Of a DNA stretch of 64,000 nt, positions 25,908 through 40,757 are shown piece by piece; positions within the stretch are counted from its first letter, which is position 1; every line of letters begins with the position of its first letter. This DNA comes from Eledone cirrhosa. Lineage: Eukaryota. Both the position numbers and the translations under genes were made by a program. The DNA lies in contig OZ024749.1 of the NCBI GenBank assembly GCA_964016885.1, positions 51,708,001-51,772,000 of the forward strand, given 5' to 3'. A model generated the notes under the pieces. The model was not told the DNA's origin. It searched no databases and saw only the letters and a program-made list of their open reading frames with translations.

Positions 25908-26240
25908 ACAATATGGAGCGAAACCACGCTTTATAAGCAAAGCATTGCTGGGGAGAGTTTGGAGTGGATTCTAAAGACAATAGAAATTCCGAAGAGTTTT
26001 GTTTTTAAATCTTTAAACATTCTATTTCTATCTATTTGTCTGTCACTCTCCCTCTTTCTCTTCCTATCCCTTCTCTATCTTTCTATCACCCCATATCTCT
26101 TTCTGTCTGTCTCTCTCCCTCTCTCAATTAATAGGATCTATGTTTTCTAGTATACGTTTATGTGTATTCCTGATTCTGTATAACATTGCTTATGTCCATA
26201 TATGTTATTTGTGTGTATATCTGTAAAAATGTACGCATGT

Positions 26241-26302
<62 letters not shown>

Positions 26303-26362
26303 CTCTCTCTCTCAATATATATATATATATATGTATGTATGTATATAAGTACACACACACAC

Positions 26363-26502
<140 letters not shown>

Positions 26503-27079
26503 TGCTTGTGTGTATCTGTACTAATATTAGTTTAGTTTGTTCATAGCTACGAAACTTAAAGTAAAAGAATTTTAACCCTAGCAAATGTTACATAAAAACC
26601 AATTAAGAAAAATATTAAATATTTAAATAGAAACTTGCGAGATCACTAAAGAAAACACTTGAAAGGAGACAAAGCATAGCATTTAAACAACTGAAGTTTC
26701 CTATCGTAATATTAGTGCAACTATAATAACAGATTCGTTGAGACGGCCATTTTGTCGTTGCTGTAAGGAAAACTGCAGCTGACGGAATTGGTAAGACATT
26801 TACTTATAGCAAATATGTAATACGTAAGATAACTAATATTCTTTGATTGGGCACAAAACGAGTTTTTATAGGAGGGAAATAAATAAATAAAGTAAAGGAG
26901 TTAACTGATCGTCAGACAGAGACACAGAGACCAAGGAAATTATGTTTATATTAGTCTTTCCGTTGCTGATGCTATCTACCATTCGGAATACGGAAGATAA
27001 CTAAATTTCTTTGATTGGACACAAAACCAATGTTTATAGGGTAAAATAAATAAAGCAAAGGAGATGATTGTCAGACACG

Positions 27080-27447
27080 CCTTGAGACATATGAGGCAGC
27101 CAAAGTATTCCAATGACCATGGTCAGTTGCATCTATCAATAAGTCTTGAGAAACATGAGGCAGCCAAAGTGCTCCAATGACCACGGTTAGTTGCATCTAT
27201 CAATACATCCCACGTCTTGAGACACATGAGGCAGCCAAAGTACTCGAATGACCACAGTTAGTTGCATCTATCAATACATCAACCCTTGTACATAATTGGT
27301 ATTTTATCGATCCTCGGAAGGATAAAAGGCAAAGTTTAACTATGCCGGATTTGAACTCAGAACGGAGAAAGTAGAAAGTCGTAACTAAATACTTGCCGAA
27401 AAACACATTTTGTCTAAAGTTCAGCCGATCTACCAATCCACCGCCCT
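27080..27447 (-). mobile_element. SINE copy (27280-27447) adjoined by a roughly 65-70 bp segment repeated three times (27080-27280)
   Basis: cttgaga.a.atgaggcagccaaagt...ttgcatctatcaata occurs three times, followed by the reverse-complement SINE core and head. Confidence 0.8.
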
Positions 27448-27600
27448 ACTAAACAATTTCGACCACACGTTGATTTACCGTCAATTTTTATATATATAAA
27501 AACTTTTCTATACTGCTTGTCAATCAAACTGGCTAATATTGGAATATTACTATACTAGACGTCCAACAGTTTCCACACGAAAAAATACATTATTATAGGC

Positions 27601-27715
<115 letters not shown>

Positions 27716-27828
27716 AAGTAATTCCGTCGGAAAGGTCCATGAAAAAAGAGTGCTCTATGTAGGTTACAGATCTTAAAAGATTATATTTTTGTTTTTAAAA
27801 TCCAATGTCAATAAATACACCAGGATTT

Positions 27829-27891
27829 TTTCATTCTGATGATTGAAAGCCCCAAATTTTTTTGCTTTTAAGAAACCACTGGTAAATGAAA
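27829..27891 (+). ncRNA. Type I hammerhead ribozyme with canonical CUGAUGA/GAAA core
   Basis: UUUCAUU-CUGAUGA-UUGAAAGC(13 nt)GCUUUUAA-GAAA-CCACUGG-UA-AAUGAAA. Stem I 7 bp, stem II 8 bp, stem III ACC/GGU, GUA triplet with predicted cut after 27884. Lies in a repeat (27715-27920) bounded by microsatellites and related to about 38000-38160. Confidence 0.85.
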
Positions 27892-27916
27892 TAATTGCCT
27901 TATGTTGTTTATTACA

Positions 27917-27979
<63 letters not shown>

Positions 27980-28200
27980 TAATATAAAAACAATGAATAA
28001 AAACAAAGAACAAGTTCCTTATATTAAAAAATTCATCATTTTACGATCGTTTCTAGGATATATATGTGTGTTGGTATGTATATCATATAGATCTATGTAA
28101 CAATTTTACAAACTATCAAAGGAAATATACATAATCATCTTCACATATATATGCTGTCTTCGGATTGGACACTACCGTATATTTTGGTAGATTTATCTAC

Positions 28201-28232
<32 letters not shown>

Positions 28233-28324
28233 ATGTGTATATATATGTGTGTGTATATATATATGTGTGTGTGTGTGTATATATGTATGTGTGTGTGTGT
28301 GTGTGTGTTACGACAGTGTACACA

Positions 28325-28656
28325 ACATAGCCGAAAGATTAAGAAATTCTCTTCGCAATATTTAGGTCCCGGGTTCAATCCCACTGTGTGGCATCTTGGG
28401 CAAATGTCATTTACCATAGCTGTGGGTCGACCCATGTCTTGTGAGTAAATTTGGGGAGACGGATACTGTTTGGAAGCCCGTCAAATGGACTGTACATGTA
28501 ATTCTAAGGGTTGGTCCTGTCACAGACTGTATCATACTGAATCTCCCTGAGAATTACATTAAGTATATACATGTCTGTGGAACAGTCAGCTAGTTATACG
28601 TTAATTTGATGAGTAGGCAGTTCCGTTGATCGAACAACTGCAACAATTATCGTCGA
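28325..28656 (+). mobile_element. tRNA-derived SINE (family D), about 330 bp, decayed
   Basis: Head with B box gggttcaatccc, then core 'catcttgggcaaatgtc...cttgtgagtaaatttggggagacggatactg...gaagcccgtc'. Confidence 0.75.
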
Positions 28657-29288
28657 CACTGACAGAGATCCATTCCACTACAACACTACAAGTGAAAACC
28701 ATCATCTCTTTTTCACTATCTACTTATATATTATTTTATAAATATATATATACTATCACTATCATAAGAATGTCTGAATATATGATATACGTATTGAAAC
28801 GTATTTCATTTTACTTAGATATATCGAGAGGCGGCCATTGAGGACGCCATCTTTTCGATGAAACAGGAAGCACTTAAAATAGGTGAAAATCTGAACTTTT
28901 TGGAAATGTTTGCATCGTTTGATTGATCGGCTGTCAAATGGAAGAGACTTTCTGCATGTAAGTTAATCAATCAATTCGATTTCATGGAATTATTTAACTC
29001 CAGAACTCCAGCTTATGACATATAACAATATGTAATACATTACTGTAACATATAAAATATGACCCATATATTCAAGTACTATGTGAACAAATATAAAAAG
29101 TATTTTCTTTTACTAGTGCCTGTCATTTGACTACGGCCATACTGGGACATTGCATTCGTGGGTTTAATTGATCATATCGTTTCTACTACTTATGTTTAGG
29201 TCTGTCTGATACTTACGAATATTTCATCGATCAGTAGCGGTTGTCAAGCGATGTAGACGTAAACCAAAATATATGACACACACACACA

Positions 29289-29376
<88 letters not shown>

Positions 29377-29507
29377 TATATATATATATACACACACACT
29401 CTCTCTCATATATATATATGTATGTATTGATTAAAGGTTTTTAGTGGGACCACAATGCAGTGCTAGAGACAAAATGCGAACTTGTGTAACCTCGACTAAC
29501 TGCCATA

Positions 29508-29578
<71 letters not shown>

Positions 29579-29894
29579 ATATGCACACCTGTAAAGGTAC
29601 ACTTATATTTTATTCAAACGATTTAAAATGTTTACTTCTGAAATCAATAACATTATATTACAACTTAATTTAATATTTTAAAGAATTTATTTTTAATGAA
29701 TTTCATTAAAACATTATTTTAATTTAAAATATTCGCATATACAATTATAGTTTTTTTTCCCACTCATTAGTCAATATGAAATTAGTGCATACCCCCAAAG
29801 TGATCGTTGGTGGAAAATAATCATAAACGCCCAAAGCATTGTATGTTTTATAGTTTCCATATAGTTAGGTTTCCTTCTAATAGCTATATCGATT

Positions 29895-30500
29895 TATAAT
29901 ATAGGCACAGGACCAGCAGAGTTGATTAAATCAGGGGAAGAACAAAGTTGATTAAATCACTCCCAGTACTTGGTTGGCACTTTATTTTATCGACCATGGA
30001 AGAATTAAAGGTAAAGTTGACCTGGGCAGAACTTGAACAAATGCTGCAAAGCTTTTGTCTTGGCTCTTTACCAATTCTGCCTAACCATCACTGTCGTGTG
30101 GCTGAATAATGATTTCTGATTTAGCGTCAAGGTCAGCCATTTAGGGCGTTATGAAGACAGTAGATTACATCAACCCCCAGGCAAAGATGATCTCAGCGGG
30201 ATTTGAACTCAGAACGTAGAACGTCGTAACTCTATGCCGCAAAGCTTATTGGTCGACGCTCTACCGATACTGCCAATCCAGTGCCCTTAATGGTTTCTGA
30301 TTTAGGCATAAGGCCAGCAATTTTGAGGGAGAAAGAGAAGTTGATTAAATCAATCCTAGTGCATTACTAGTACTTTATTTTATCAACCCCGTAAAGATGA
30401 AAGGCAAAACTAATATCCGCGATTGAAACTCAGAACGTAAAGAGTCGTAACTATATACCACAAAACATGTTGTCCGATGCTGTACCGATTCTGCCAGTCT
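29895..30500 (-). mobile_element. Tandem pile-up of 3-4 family A SINE copies
   Basis: Tail 'ttaggcata/acaaggccagca' and core 'ttttatcgacc...ggatttgaactcagaacgta' recur in the same orientation. Confidence 0.82.
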
Positions 30501-31496
30501 GTCTCCCTCCTGTGGTTAAAGAATAACAACAGAATTGTTATGGTTGTTAATGCCTCATTACCTATAACTAAGAAGCAAGCAGACGTTTTGTCAGAAATAG
30601 CAGAATGTATACATACATTTCTATGACTATAGTGATTGTCAAGTAGATTGAAATATAACAAATGTTTTCAGATTCCCAAATCCTCCATCTTTAGCAGACG
30701 ATAGATACATAAACACATTACAAATATTCAAACACACAGAGATTCATGTACGTGGAGATATAGCAAGATAACGTACATGAACAGACGACAGCCACATATA
30801 CACACATACACACATTCACACTTACTCTACCAAGATAACATACATACACATTTACCAACGCAGACGTCAGTCACACAAGCATTACACACTCATACATACA
30901 TACATAAATTAGATACACACACATACATACAATCGTTGCACACACATACACACATACACACAAGTATCACTAACAAGATAATGTACACGCACATTTACCA
31001 ACGCAGACGATAAGCACACATACACACATACACACATGCACTACACTTTCACAGATACACACAAGGCTTACACACATTCATATACACACGCACACATACA
31101 CACTATCATTACCCCCAGCTACTTCTAATTTGCTACAGATTTGCCATACATTTATTGTAAATATCGTTCCTATTGTTTTAAATGCAACACAGACAAATCT
31201 ATCGAGAAGATCTTATGGTATGGTCATAAAGTTAATTTATAAAATTGTGATAAGAAACGTTTCAGTGAAAATACGTACAGAAAGTGGTTAAATATATGAA
31301 GTAACTCTATTCGTGAGATTGGTAGACTAATATGTGAATATGTCACTAGTACATACTGTTAAGATTTGGTTTTAAATTTCAATACAGATATGAAAATTGG
31401 AAATTTCTAAGAGATAAATTAAAAACAAAACATCTATCTAGCTAGCTGGTTATCTGTCTATCCATCTATCTATCCGTCTGTCTGTCTGTCTATCTG

Positions 31497-31538
<42 letters not shown>

Positions 31539-31572
31539 CGTCTGTCTGTCTATCTATCTATCTATAAATAAT

Positions 31573-31757
31573 TGTTTCTACTTTTGGCACAAGGCCAGCA
31601 ATTATCCAGTACATTACTGGTACTTTATTTTATCGACCCCGTAAGGATGAAAGGCAAAGTTAACCTCGGCGGGATTTGAACTCAGAATGGCAAGGGCCGT
31701 AACTCTATGCGTCAAAGCATGGCGTCCAACCCTCTACCGATACTGCCAATTCACCGC
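31573..31757 (-). mobile_element. Full-length young family A short SINE with a 15-bp target-site duplication
   Basis: TSD ctatctataaataat at 31558-31572 and 31758-31772. Inserted in a (TCTA)n tract. Confidence 0.93.
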
Positions 31758-32483
31758 CTATCTATAAATAATGAATACATCAAATAAAGAAACATATCTA
31801 TCTATCTAGCTGACTATCTATCTATCTCTATTTATCTATCTATTTATTTATCTGTCTGCCTGTCGCTCTGTCTATCTATCTTCGTATTGAAGTCTGGTTA
31901 GATAAGGATGCTAATAGTAAAAGCAATAGGGTGACTCCTGAAAGAGTCGCATGGGCACCGTAGTAGCATACGGCATTTCTTGGTCATTTTAAGCTTGGCA
32001 GAACCCATCTCCTCTCCAGCAGATTTCTTCCAGAAAATGAAAGAGAGTGAGAGAATGGAAGTTTGAAAGAGATACAGAGGAAGAATCGACCCCATTACTA
32101 GCCTGGTATTTTTTGAAGTCGAAAAAATATGGAGGGCGGTGGATTACGTCAAACTTCTGACCAGATTCTTTATAAAATTTAGCTACGGTTCTTTACGTTC
32201 TGATTTCAAACCTCACCGAGGTCAGTCTTACTTTTCATCCATCTGGAATCGATAAAATATAATACCAGCAAAGTACTGAATAGATTTTTAGATTCATTCC
32301 CCTTTCACCAAATTGGTTTCCTATTGCTTAAGTTAGCAAATATTTATACAAAAGTCGTGATTTCATTATATTACAGATATTAAGTGTTTTTATATCATTT
32401 ATATTTCCAAGACTGTATCAAACTTTTCAAAGAAAGCTGTTTGGGTGTATGCAAGCCATACTGTACCATGTGTATGTTTGCAC

Positions 32484-32594
<111 letters not shown>

Positions 32595-32696
32595 GTTTTG
32601 TTTGAAACGATGTATAAACGTGTCTATGTATTTGACGTGTGCGTTGCATAATATTGTTGCCTGTGTGTCCTTAAATTTGATATGTTTCTATGTATT

Positions 32697-32756
<60 letters not shown>

Positions 32757-33464
32757 TTTCTATATTTTCCTGTGTATATTAGTATATTACGCTGCATATA
32801 TAGTGTATATCGTTATCGTTCTCTTCATCTCTGATCTCCGTCGTTCGTCAATTATTTAAACTTCTGTTTATTGAGTCGAGATATCGACAGATATTAACCA
32901 GTATAGAATATTGTTTTGATTAAAATATTTTCTAAAGCAAACATCTGCCTGACATCATCTCACCTCGGTGAACTTAATAGTATTTAGATAATAGCTTAGA
33001 GGAAGGCATTGCAGCTGAACTTTACTCGTCAGTTGGATGACGTGAATTTTAGAAATTTTAGAAAAGATTTTCTTTGCATGATTTTTCAAGTTGTTGAAAT
33101 AGATACATATAAAAAAATAGGGTTATATATGCATGCGAGATCCTTCCCTCGCTTTCTTTCTTTCTTCCTTTCTTTCTTTCTTTTTCCTCTCCATATATGT
33201 ACATATATACATGCATACATATATACATACATGTACATTCGTACATGTACACATACATTCATTCGTACATGAATATATACATACATACATGCATACATTC
33301 GTACATGCATATAGTCGTACATACATACATACATGCATATATGCATACATTCGTATATACATATATTGGTACATACATGAATATGTGTATGCATGTGTGT
33401 TTGAGTGCATGTAAATGTGTGTTTAGGGACTGAGAGTGAGAGCGATACACATACACACCCACAC

Positions 33465-33531
<67 letters not shown>

Positions 33532-33550
33532 AGAGAGAGAAGGGGGGAGA

Positions 33551-33648
33551 GTTATAGTTTGGGAGGGTCATGCCGGCAAAGTATAACAATATATGAATCA
33601 ACGCACGTTTTCAGTTAAGAAAAAATCTTGGAAAACAAATACAAAAAC

Positions 33649-33650
<2 letters not shown>
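33551..33650 (+). mobile_element. Collapsed copy of the 18955/55176 Penelope-like family (ends plus tail only)
   Basis: gttatagtttgggagggtcatg (inverted end) joined to caaagtataacaata plus a diverged tail tcaacgcacgttttcagttaagaaaaaatcttggaaaacaaatacaaaaacga. Confidence 0.75.
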
Positions 33651-33732
<82 letters not shown>

Positions 33733-34314
33733 AGAGGGAGAGAGAGGGAGGGAGGAGGAGATTAAGAGCTGGCCTGATAGAGATAGAGATCGATAGTTAA
33801 AAAGAGACAGATAATAGAAAATTCAACAGAACTTCAGGGGAGGTTTTTAATGATATGCTTATGTGTTTTGAATAGAAGTAAATATATGAAGTAAAGAAAG
33901 GAAATAATATTATTAAAAGGTGGTATAACCTTTGGAAAAAGACCGTTAAATCTCTTATTTAGATAAAAACAGGGAATACTTTGTTACGTTATTAGTTCGA
34001 GAATGATAGGAAAATGGCGGTTTATTGAAAAGGAAGTCAACTTATGTAAGAGTTTAAAATTTTAAACAGGTTTAAAAAGTGCAGATAAAATTCGAAAGAG
34101 TGTAATTAAATCCAAACTGTTTTCTTTTGAAGTGTCATGCACTAAAACACATTAAGTGTATTTAGGGGTTATAAAATTCAGTTAAAGTAAGGAAAAATTT
34201 GTAAAGGTATGAAATTTATTTAAAGTAAAACGCCATGGTTTAGGATACCTCTGATAGCATAACAATACAGGGTGAGTCATAGGTACTGGGAAATCAATGC
34301 ATTATTTATTGGAA

Positions 34315-34712
34315 AAGTTGGTTAAATTGACCCCAATTCTTCACAGGTAATTTTATTTTATCGACCCCAAGAGGATGAAAGACAAAGTTGACTTCGTCGA
34401 GATTTGAAGTCAGATCGTAATGACCCGGGACAAATACTACCATGCATTTGTCCGACGCTCAAATGATTCTGCCAGTTCACACCTCCCCTTGTAAAGGTTT
34501 CTGATTTAGGCTCAAAGTCAACAATAATTGTTTCTTCTTTTGCTACGGGGCCAGCAAATACTCAGTACATTACTGGTATTTTATTTTATCGACCCCGTAA
34601 GGATGAAAGACAAAGTCAACCTCGGCGGGATTTGAACTCAGAATGGAAAGGACCGTAACTCTTTGTGTCAAAGCATGGCGTCCGACCCTCTACCGATACT
34701 CACAATCCACAA
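34315..34712 (-). mobile_element. Two adjacent family A SINE copies
   Basis: Two reverse-complement cores ttttatcgacccc...ggatgaaagacaaagt...atttgaa.tcaga. Confidence 0.85.
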
Positions 34713-34854
34713 TAATAATAATAGTATATATGTGTTTCTTATTGGCAATAACAATATATATATATACTTGCAGTAATAAAGCGAATAAGAGAGAAAAGGA
34801 GAGAGGGAGAGAGAAGGAAAGGCAGTGAGCGAAAGCAGGGGAAAACAGTGAGTG

Positions 34855-34886
<32 letters not shown>

Positions 34887-35529
34887 ATATATATAATATA
34901 TATATTATATATATATAATATATATATTATATATATATGATATTTACATTATATATATATATATATTATATATATATATCTATATATTATATATATATTA
35001 CATATATATATTATATATATATTACATATATATTATATATATATATATACATATATATATAGAGATATAGATAGATATAGAAAGAGAGAGTAAGGGGAAA
35101 TAAATGATAGACAGAAAGAAGACAAACAACGACAATAATATTGTTAACAACATAAAACAATATTCTTTAGAACGTCAAAAGCTGCGAAGAGAAAAAAAAA
35201 AAAAAAAAAAAAATAACAAACAAACAAAAAAACAGCAAACAACAACAACAACAACAACAAAACAACAACAAAGAAACAAACGAAGTTGCAGAAGAGAAGA
35301 AAGGTTGATTTGGTAAAGTAAACAGCGAGGAGTTAGTTTTTCGTCTCTTAAAAAGTTGGTAAGATTTGATGCTAACAATTCCTATATACCGAACTAAAGA
35401 AACTGATATATATGGAATCAGTGGAATTAGTGAATTGTTGAGTTTTTTATTTGGTAGTCGATAATTTGGACATTTTTCAAATAACCAAATAAAAGCACAG
35501 ATAAATTAAAAAAAACTTGTCTTGGTAGG

Positions 35530-35560
35530 TGTGTGTGTATGGGTATGTGTATATATGTGT

Positions 35561-35596
<36 letters not shown>

Positions 35597-35670
35597 TATA
35601 TATATGTATGTATGTGCATGTATATATGTATATGTATGTATATATTTATATGTATGTATATATGTATATG

Positions 35671-35718
<48 letters not shown>

Positions 35719-35794
35719 AATATGTATGTGTATATATATATGTATATATATGTATATATATATATGTATATATATGTATATATATATATGTATG

Positions 35795-35825
<31 letters not shown>

Positions 35826-35944
35826 ATATATATATGAATGTATATATATATCTATATATATGAATGTATATATATATGTATATATATATGTATATATATA
35901 TTTGTATGTGTATATATATATATGTATGTGTATATATATATATG

Positions 35945-36035
<91 letters not shown>

Positions 36036-36111
36036 GTATATATATATGTATGTGTATATAAATATATATTATATATGTATATATAAAAATATATATGTAT
36101 GCGTATATATA

Positions 36112-36147
<36 letters not shown>

Positions 36148-36193
36148 TATATAAAAATATATATGTATATATATGTATGCGTATATATATGTA

Positions 36194-36227
<34 letters not shown>

Positions 36228-36255
36228 TATATAAAAATATATATGTATATATATG

Positions 36256-36286
<31 letters not shown>

Positions 36287-36749
36287 ATGTATATATATAT
36301 ATATGTATATATATGTATATATATATATATGTATGTATATATAAAAATATATATGTATATATGTATATAAATATATGTATATATACAAATATATATGTAT
36401 ATATATGTATATATATATATGTATGTATATATAAAAATATATATGTTTATATATGTATATATATATAAGTATGTATATATAAAAATATATATGTATATAT
36501 ATATGTATGTATATATATAAGTATGTATATATAAAAATATATGTGTATATATATATGTATGTATATATATAAGTATGTATATATAAAAATATATATGTAT
36601 ATATATATGTATGTATATATAAAAATATATATGTATATATATGTATATATAATATGTATGTATATATATAAATATATATGTATGTATATATAAAAATATA
36701 TATGTATACATATGTATGTATATATAAAAATATACATGTATATATATAT

Positions 36750-36837
<88 letters not shown>

Positions 36838-36909
36838 ATATATAAAAATATATATGTATACATATGTAAGTATGTATATATAAAAATATATAATGTATAT
36901 ATAAAAATA

Positions 36910-36948
<39 letters not shown>
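35530..36948. repeat. 1.4-kb (TA)n/(TATG)n array with an emerging unit 'gtatgtatatataaaaatatatat'
   Basis: Directly visible. Confidence 0.93.
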
Positions 36949-36951
<3 letters not shown>

Positions 36952-37262
36952 ACTTTTTGTCCATTAACTTCTGAAATGTTTCTGTTCTATAATGGAAGAT
37001 ATGAAACAAGCGACATTTATCAAAAATAATTTATCTGTGTTCAGATACATTATTACATCTGGTACTATACTACCCTATACATTAGTTCTATTAGAAACAT
37101 AGAAGAATGAAAGGACATCCTACAGTAAAGTAAAGGCGGAGATATGTTGTCACTGTGAACTCCAGAGGTTTGATTAGGGTTCATTACGGCCAGGACAAAG
37201 TAAATATATTGCGCCTATAAAGTCAATGTTCTTTATAATTCGTGTTAAGTTTGAACGACGTT

Positions 37263-37582
37263 CTCTACCGATACTGCCAATTCACCACTCTATAATAACT
37301 GTTTCTACGTTAGGCACAAGGCCAGCAATTACCCAAAGTACCAGTAATACACTGGGTAATTGCTGGCCTTGTGCCTAACGTAGAAACAGTTATTATAGAG
37401 TGGTGAATTGGCAGTATCGGTAGAGGCTTGGACGCCATGCTTTCTAGCAGAGAGTTACGGCCCTTGCCATTCTGAGTTCAAATCCCGCCGAAGTTGACTT
37501 TGCCTTTCATCCTTACGGGGTCGAGAAAATAAAGTACCAGTAATACACTGGGCAATTGCTGGCCTTGTGCCAAAAGTAGAAA
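37263..37582 (+). mobile_element. Family A short SINE (37399-37582) preceded by a SINE tail, with a perfect 73-bp inverted duplication of the tail-head junction
   Basis: 37263-37335 is the reverse complement of 37353-37425, with a 17-nt spacer. Confidence 0.9.
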
Positions 37583-37649
37583 TAGTTATTATAAGGAACC
37601 TTGACGTTGCAGGTTTTCAACCTTAACTGGAGCTTATCATCCTCGACTA

Positions 37650-37980
37650 TGGTGATGGCAAGTGCTAAGACGGGATAACTCTGGTGAAGTCGTAGGGGGC
37701 GCTGTGTTGATATAGACCGTTTCTAGGGCATTAAAAAAACCTGGTGGAGCATATCTCCTGACTATGCCTTAATACAGCAGATTTCTTCCAGAGAAGGAGA
37801 GCGATTTGAGGAAAAGCAAGTGAGAAAGAAATATAGAGGAAGAATCGACCCCAGTACATGATTGGTACTTGTTTTATCGACCTTAAATGGATGAAAGGCG
37901 AAGTTGATCTCGATGGGATTTGAACTGAGAGAGAAGAGAGTCGGACCAAATACTAAAAAGCATTCTATACGACGTTCTAT
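37650..37980 (-). mobile_element. SINE family B copy
   Basis: Reverse-complement head and core plus the extension gtcgtagggggcgctgtg...gtttctagggcatt...cagatttcttccagagaagg. Confidence 0.78.
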
Positions 37981-38675
37981 CAGACGTATATTATTATCGT
38001 CTGTGATCCAGAAACCTTTGGTAATTAGTTATATTTTGGTAATTAGTATATTTTGGTAATTAGTTATATTTTGTGTTGTTCACTTTCTAATTAAATAGCT
38101 CTGTTCTACACATAGAGCACTCTTTTTTCCTTTGCTTTTCCTTCGGAATTACCTGACACACAGAATGGAAATTATTCTAATTATATGGGACTTCAAATAA
38201 ACATCTTATTCCCGCGTAACTTTGGCAATCTTTATGAATAATATTTAACTTAATTTTAAGGTTGTACTTTTATTGATTTTAACGACGCAGGCACATCAGT
38301 AATGTCAACAGAATTTGTGTGTTTTCAGTTTGTTTTTTTCACGTTCAACTTTGTTTACGGCTAAAGCCGCGAGTGTTTCGTGGTTCATTGAAGCTCTCAA
38401 ATATGATAAGATCAATTTCGACTTGTCAAAAGATCGCTCACAGCTTGCAATTGAAATTCTAATATGATAATTGTAATTGCATTATATTTGAAAAGCTATT
38501 CTCAAATTTGGGAAAAACAAAAAATCCTCTCCTTCTCACTATAAACATTAATCTTGTGGTATTCCTCAATCTTAGAAATATAAAAGTCCATGTGACTTTT
38601 AAGAAGCATCTTATAATCCAATATTTCTTTATAAAGCTCAAATCACCCCACCCCCATACATACCGTGCTAGAAGC

Positions 38676-38841
38676 TACGAGGGTCGGGTGAAACATTCCT
38701 AGGCTGGCTATGAAGGAGTGATGCTAGAGCTGTGAAATCTTGCATGCACAAATTTCAACCCTTCTTAATAATAACTGCAATATTTCTTTCCAGGGACTAT
38801 GTTGAAAAATAAACCTCATTATGTCATTTCATGAGAGTATC
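38676..38841 (+). mobile_element. Mariner-derived MITE, right TIR lost
   Basis: Left terminus TACGAGGGTCGG; internal gggactatgttgaaaaataa. Confidence 0.82.
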
Positions 38842-39247
38842 AGTAACGCACTTATGTCGATTTAATCTACTTTCCGCTTCCCTTAAAATTGGTGGCCTTG
38901 AGTCTAAATCAGAGACAATTATTATATTATAACGATGAAGAGAATTACCAAGATAAGGATACTGCCACTGATATGATAAGGGATTATGGCCTATGGCTAG
39001 AAAAGATGAAAGCGCGATCTTCAAATCAATTCTAATTTTAAAACTGTTACAGGTTTTCTCAGTTTGTCAATTTATTTATTAGATACATTTATTTGGGAAA
39101 TTTTGAGCAAATTAAACATGAAATTGATTCATTTTTTTTCAACATGAGAATAAAAAGGAAGCCAATATATTACCTCAGGTGAAAATTTGCATTATTTAAA
39201 ACTTCAATACAAGACTAAACTTCTTCCCAAAATATGGATAACAAGTG

Positions 39248-39407
39248 GAAACCAGGATCATTTGCAGCTCAGCGTCTGAAACCAGGATAATTTTCCAGCT
39301 CAGCGTCTGAAACTAGGATAATTTTCCAGCTCAGCGTCTGAAACTAGGATCATTTTCCAGCTCAGCGTCTGAAACTAGGATCATTTTCCAGCTCAGCCTC
39401 AGAAACT
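39248..39407. repeat. Minisatellite, 31-bp unit x about 5
   Basis: gaaactaggatcattttccagctcagcgtct repeated. Confidence 0.93.
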
Positions 39408-40446
39408 TCAGTTCTAATTATCAATTACTGCATTGTTTCTTTCCTGGGACTATGTTGAAAAATATACTTCATTTGGTCATGCCATGAGAGTATCTTGGTC
39501 AGCCTATGAACTTTTTAGCCGATGAACGTTTCAGCCCACCCTCGTACATATAATTGTGATTCAATTGAAACTCTACACAAACATGGCGGTTGTCTTGTCT
39601 TGTACGTTGAACATAAAAATACCTCCATAGATTTTCTTCTTTTTTTTTTTCAGTGTGTAATTTTAACTTCAAAAGAAACAAACAACGATGAACTGACCGA
39701 CCTCTTAAATTTATTTTTATTTATTGTAATAAAAAACATGAAAATAACTGCTATCAATTCCGGATTAATTCTCGGCCGGAAATTGAATTCATACGAAGTT
39801 CAAAAGTATCCAGCTTCACTTGTAAGGAATCAGTGACTCCATATTTTCAATACAATTGACTGTAGTACAACGGCATGCGTCTCATAATATTTATAGCAAT
39901 TGTCCTGATCTGTAGGTGATCAGACGTGACGCAGCTAGGTTTCGTGTTGTTAGTGGTCATGGTGGATGGATGGGTGGGTAACTAGCTGGCTGGGTTGGTG
40001 GTGGGGGGTAGGGAGGTGGTTTGTAATCGATAGCGTTTGTTGATAGGTACTGATGGTGTACCAATGTTTTTATGGTTTGGGTATGTTAAGTGTTATCGGG
40101 AAGGGGAAAATACGTACGTACGTATGTATGTATGTATGCATTTTTGTATGTATATATGTATGTATGTACGTATGTATATATATATATGTATGTACGTATT
40201 GTATGTACATATGTATGTATGTACGTATGTATGTATGTAGTTATAAATGTAGGAAGGTATGTATGTAGGTAGATATGTATATATGTATGTATGCTAATAT
40301 GTATGTTTGTATGTAGCTTCTTTTTCTTCTTCTTCTTCATCTCCTCCACCGCCTCCTTATTTTTCTTCTCTTCCTCCTCCTTCTCCTTCTCCCTCCACCA
40401 CTGCGAAAATTACTTCATAAGATTATGTTTTATTATTTCATTTATT

Positions 40447-40757
40447 AAATCCCGCCGAGGTTGACTTTGCCTTTCATCCTTACGGGGTCGATAAAATAAA
40501 GTACCAGTAATGCACTGGGTAATTGCTGGCCTTGTGCCTAAATTAGAAACAATTATTTCATTTATTTAAAGGGCGGTGGATTGGCAGTATCGGTAGAGGG
40601 TCGGACGTCATGCTTTGACGTATAGAGTTACGGCCCTTTCCATTCTGAGTTCAAATCCCGCCGAGGTCAACTTTGCCTTTCATCCTTACGGGGTCGATAA
40701 ATTAAAGTACCAGTAATACACTGGTTAATTGCTGGCCTTGTGCCAAAAGTAGAAACA
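40447..40757 (+). mobile_element. Two head-to-tail family A short SINEs (5'-truncated plus full length)
   Basis: Copies at 40447-40551 and 40571-40757. attatttcatttatt occurs at 40432, 40552 and 40758. Confidence 0.92.

Noticed and set aside
25480-25980. ORFs spanning the N run
   Set aside because: Artefacts of the assembly gap.
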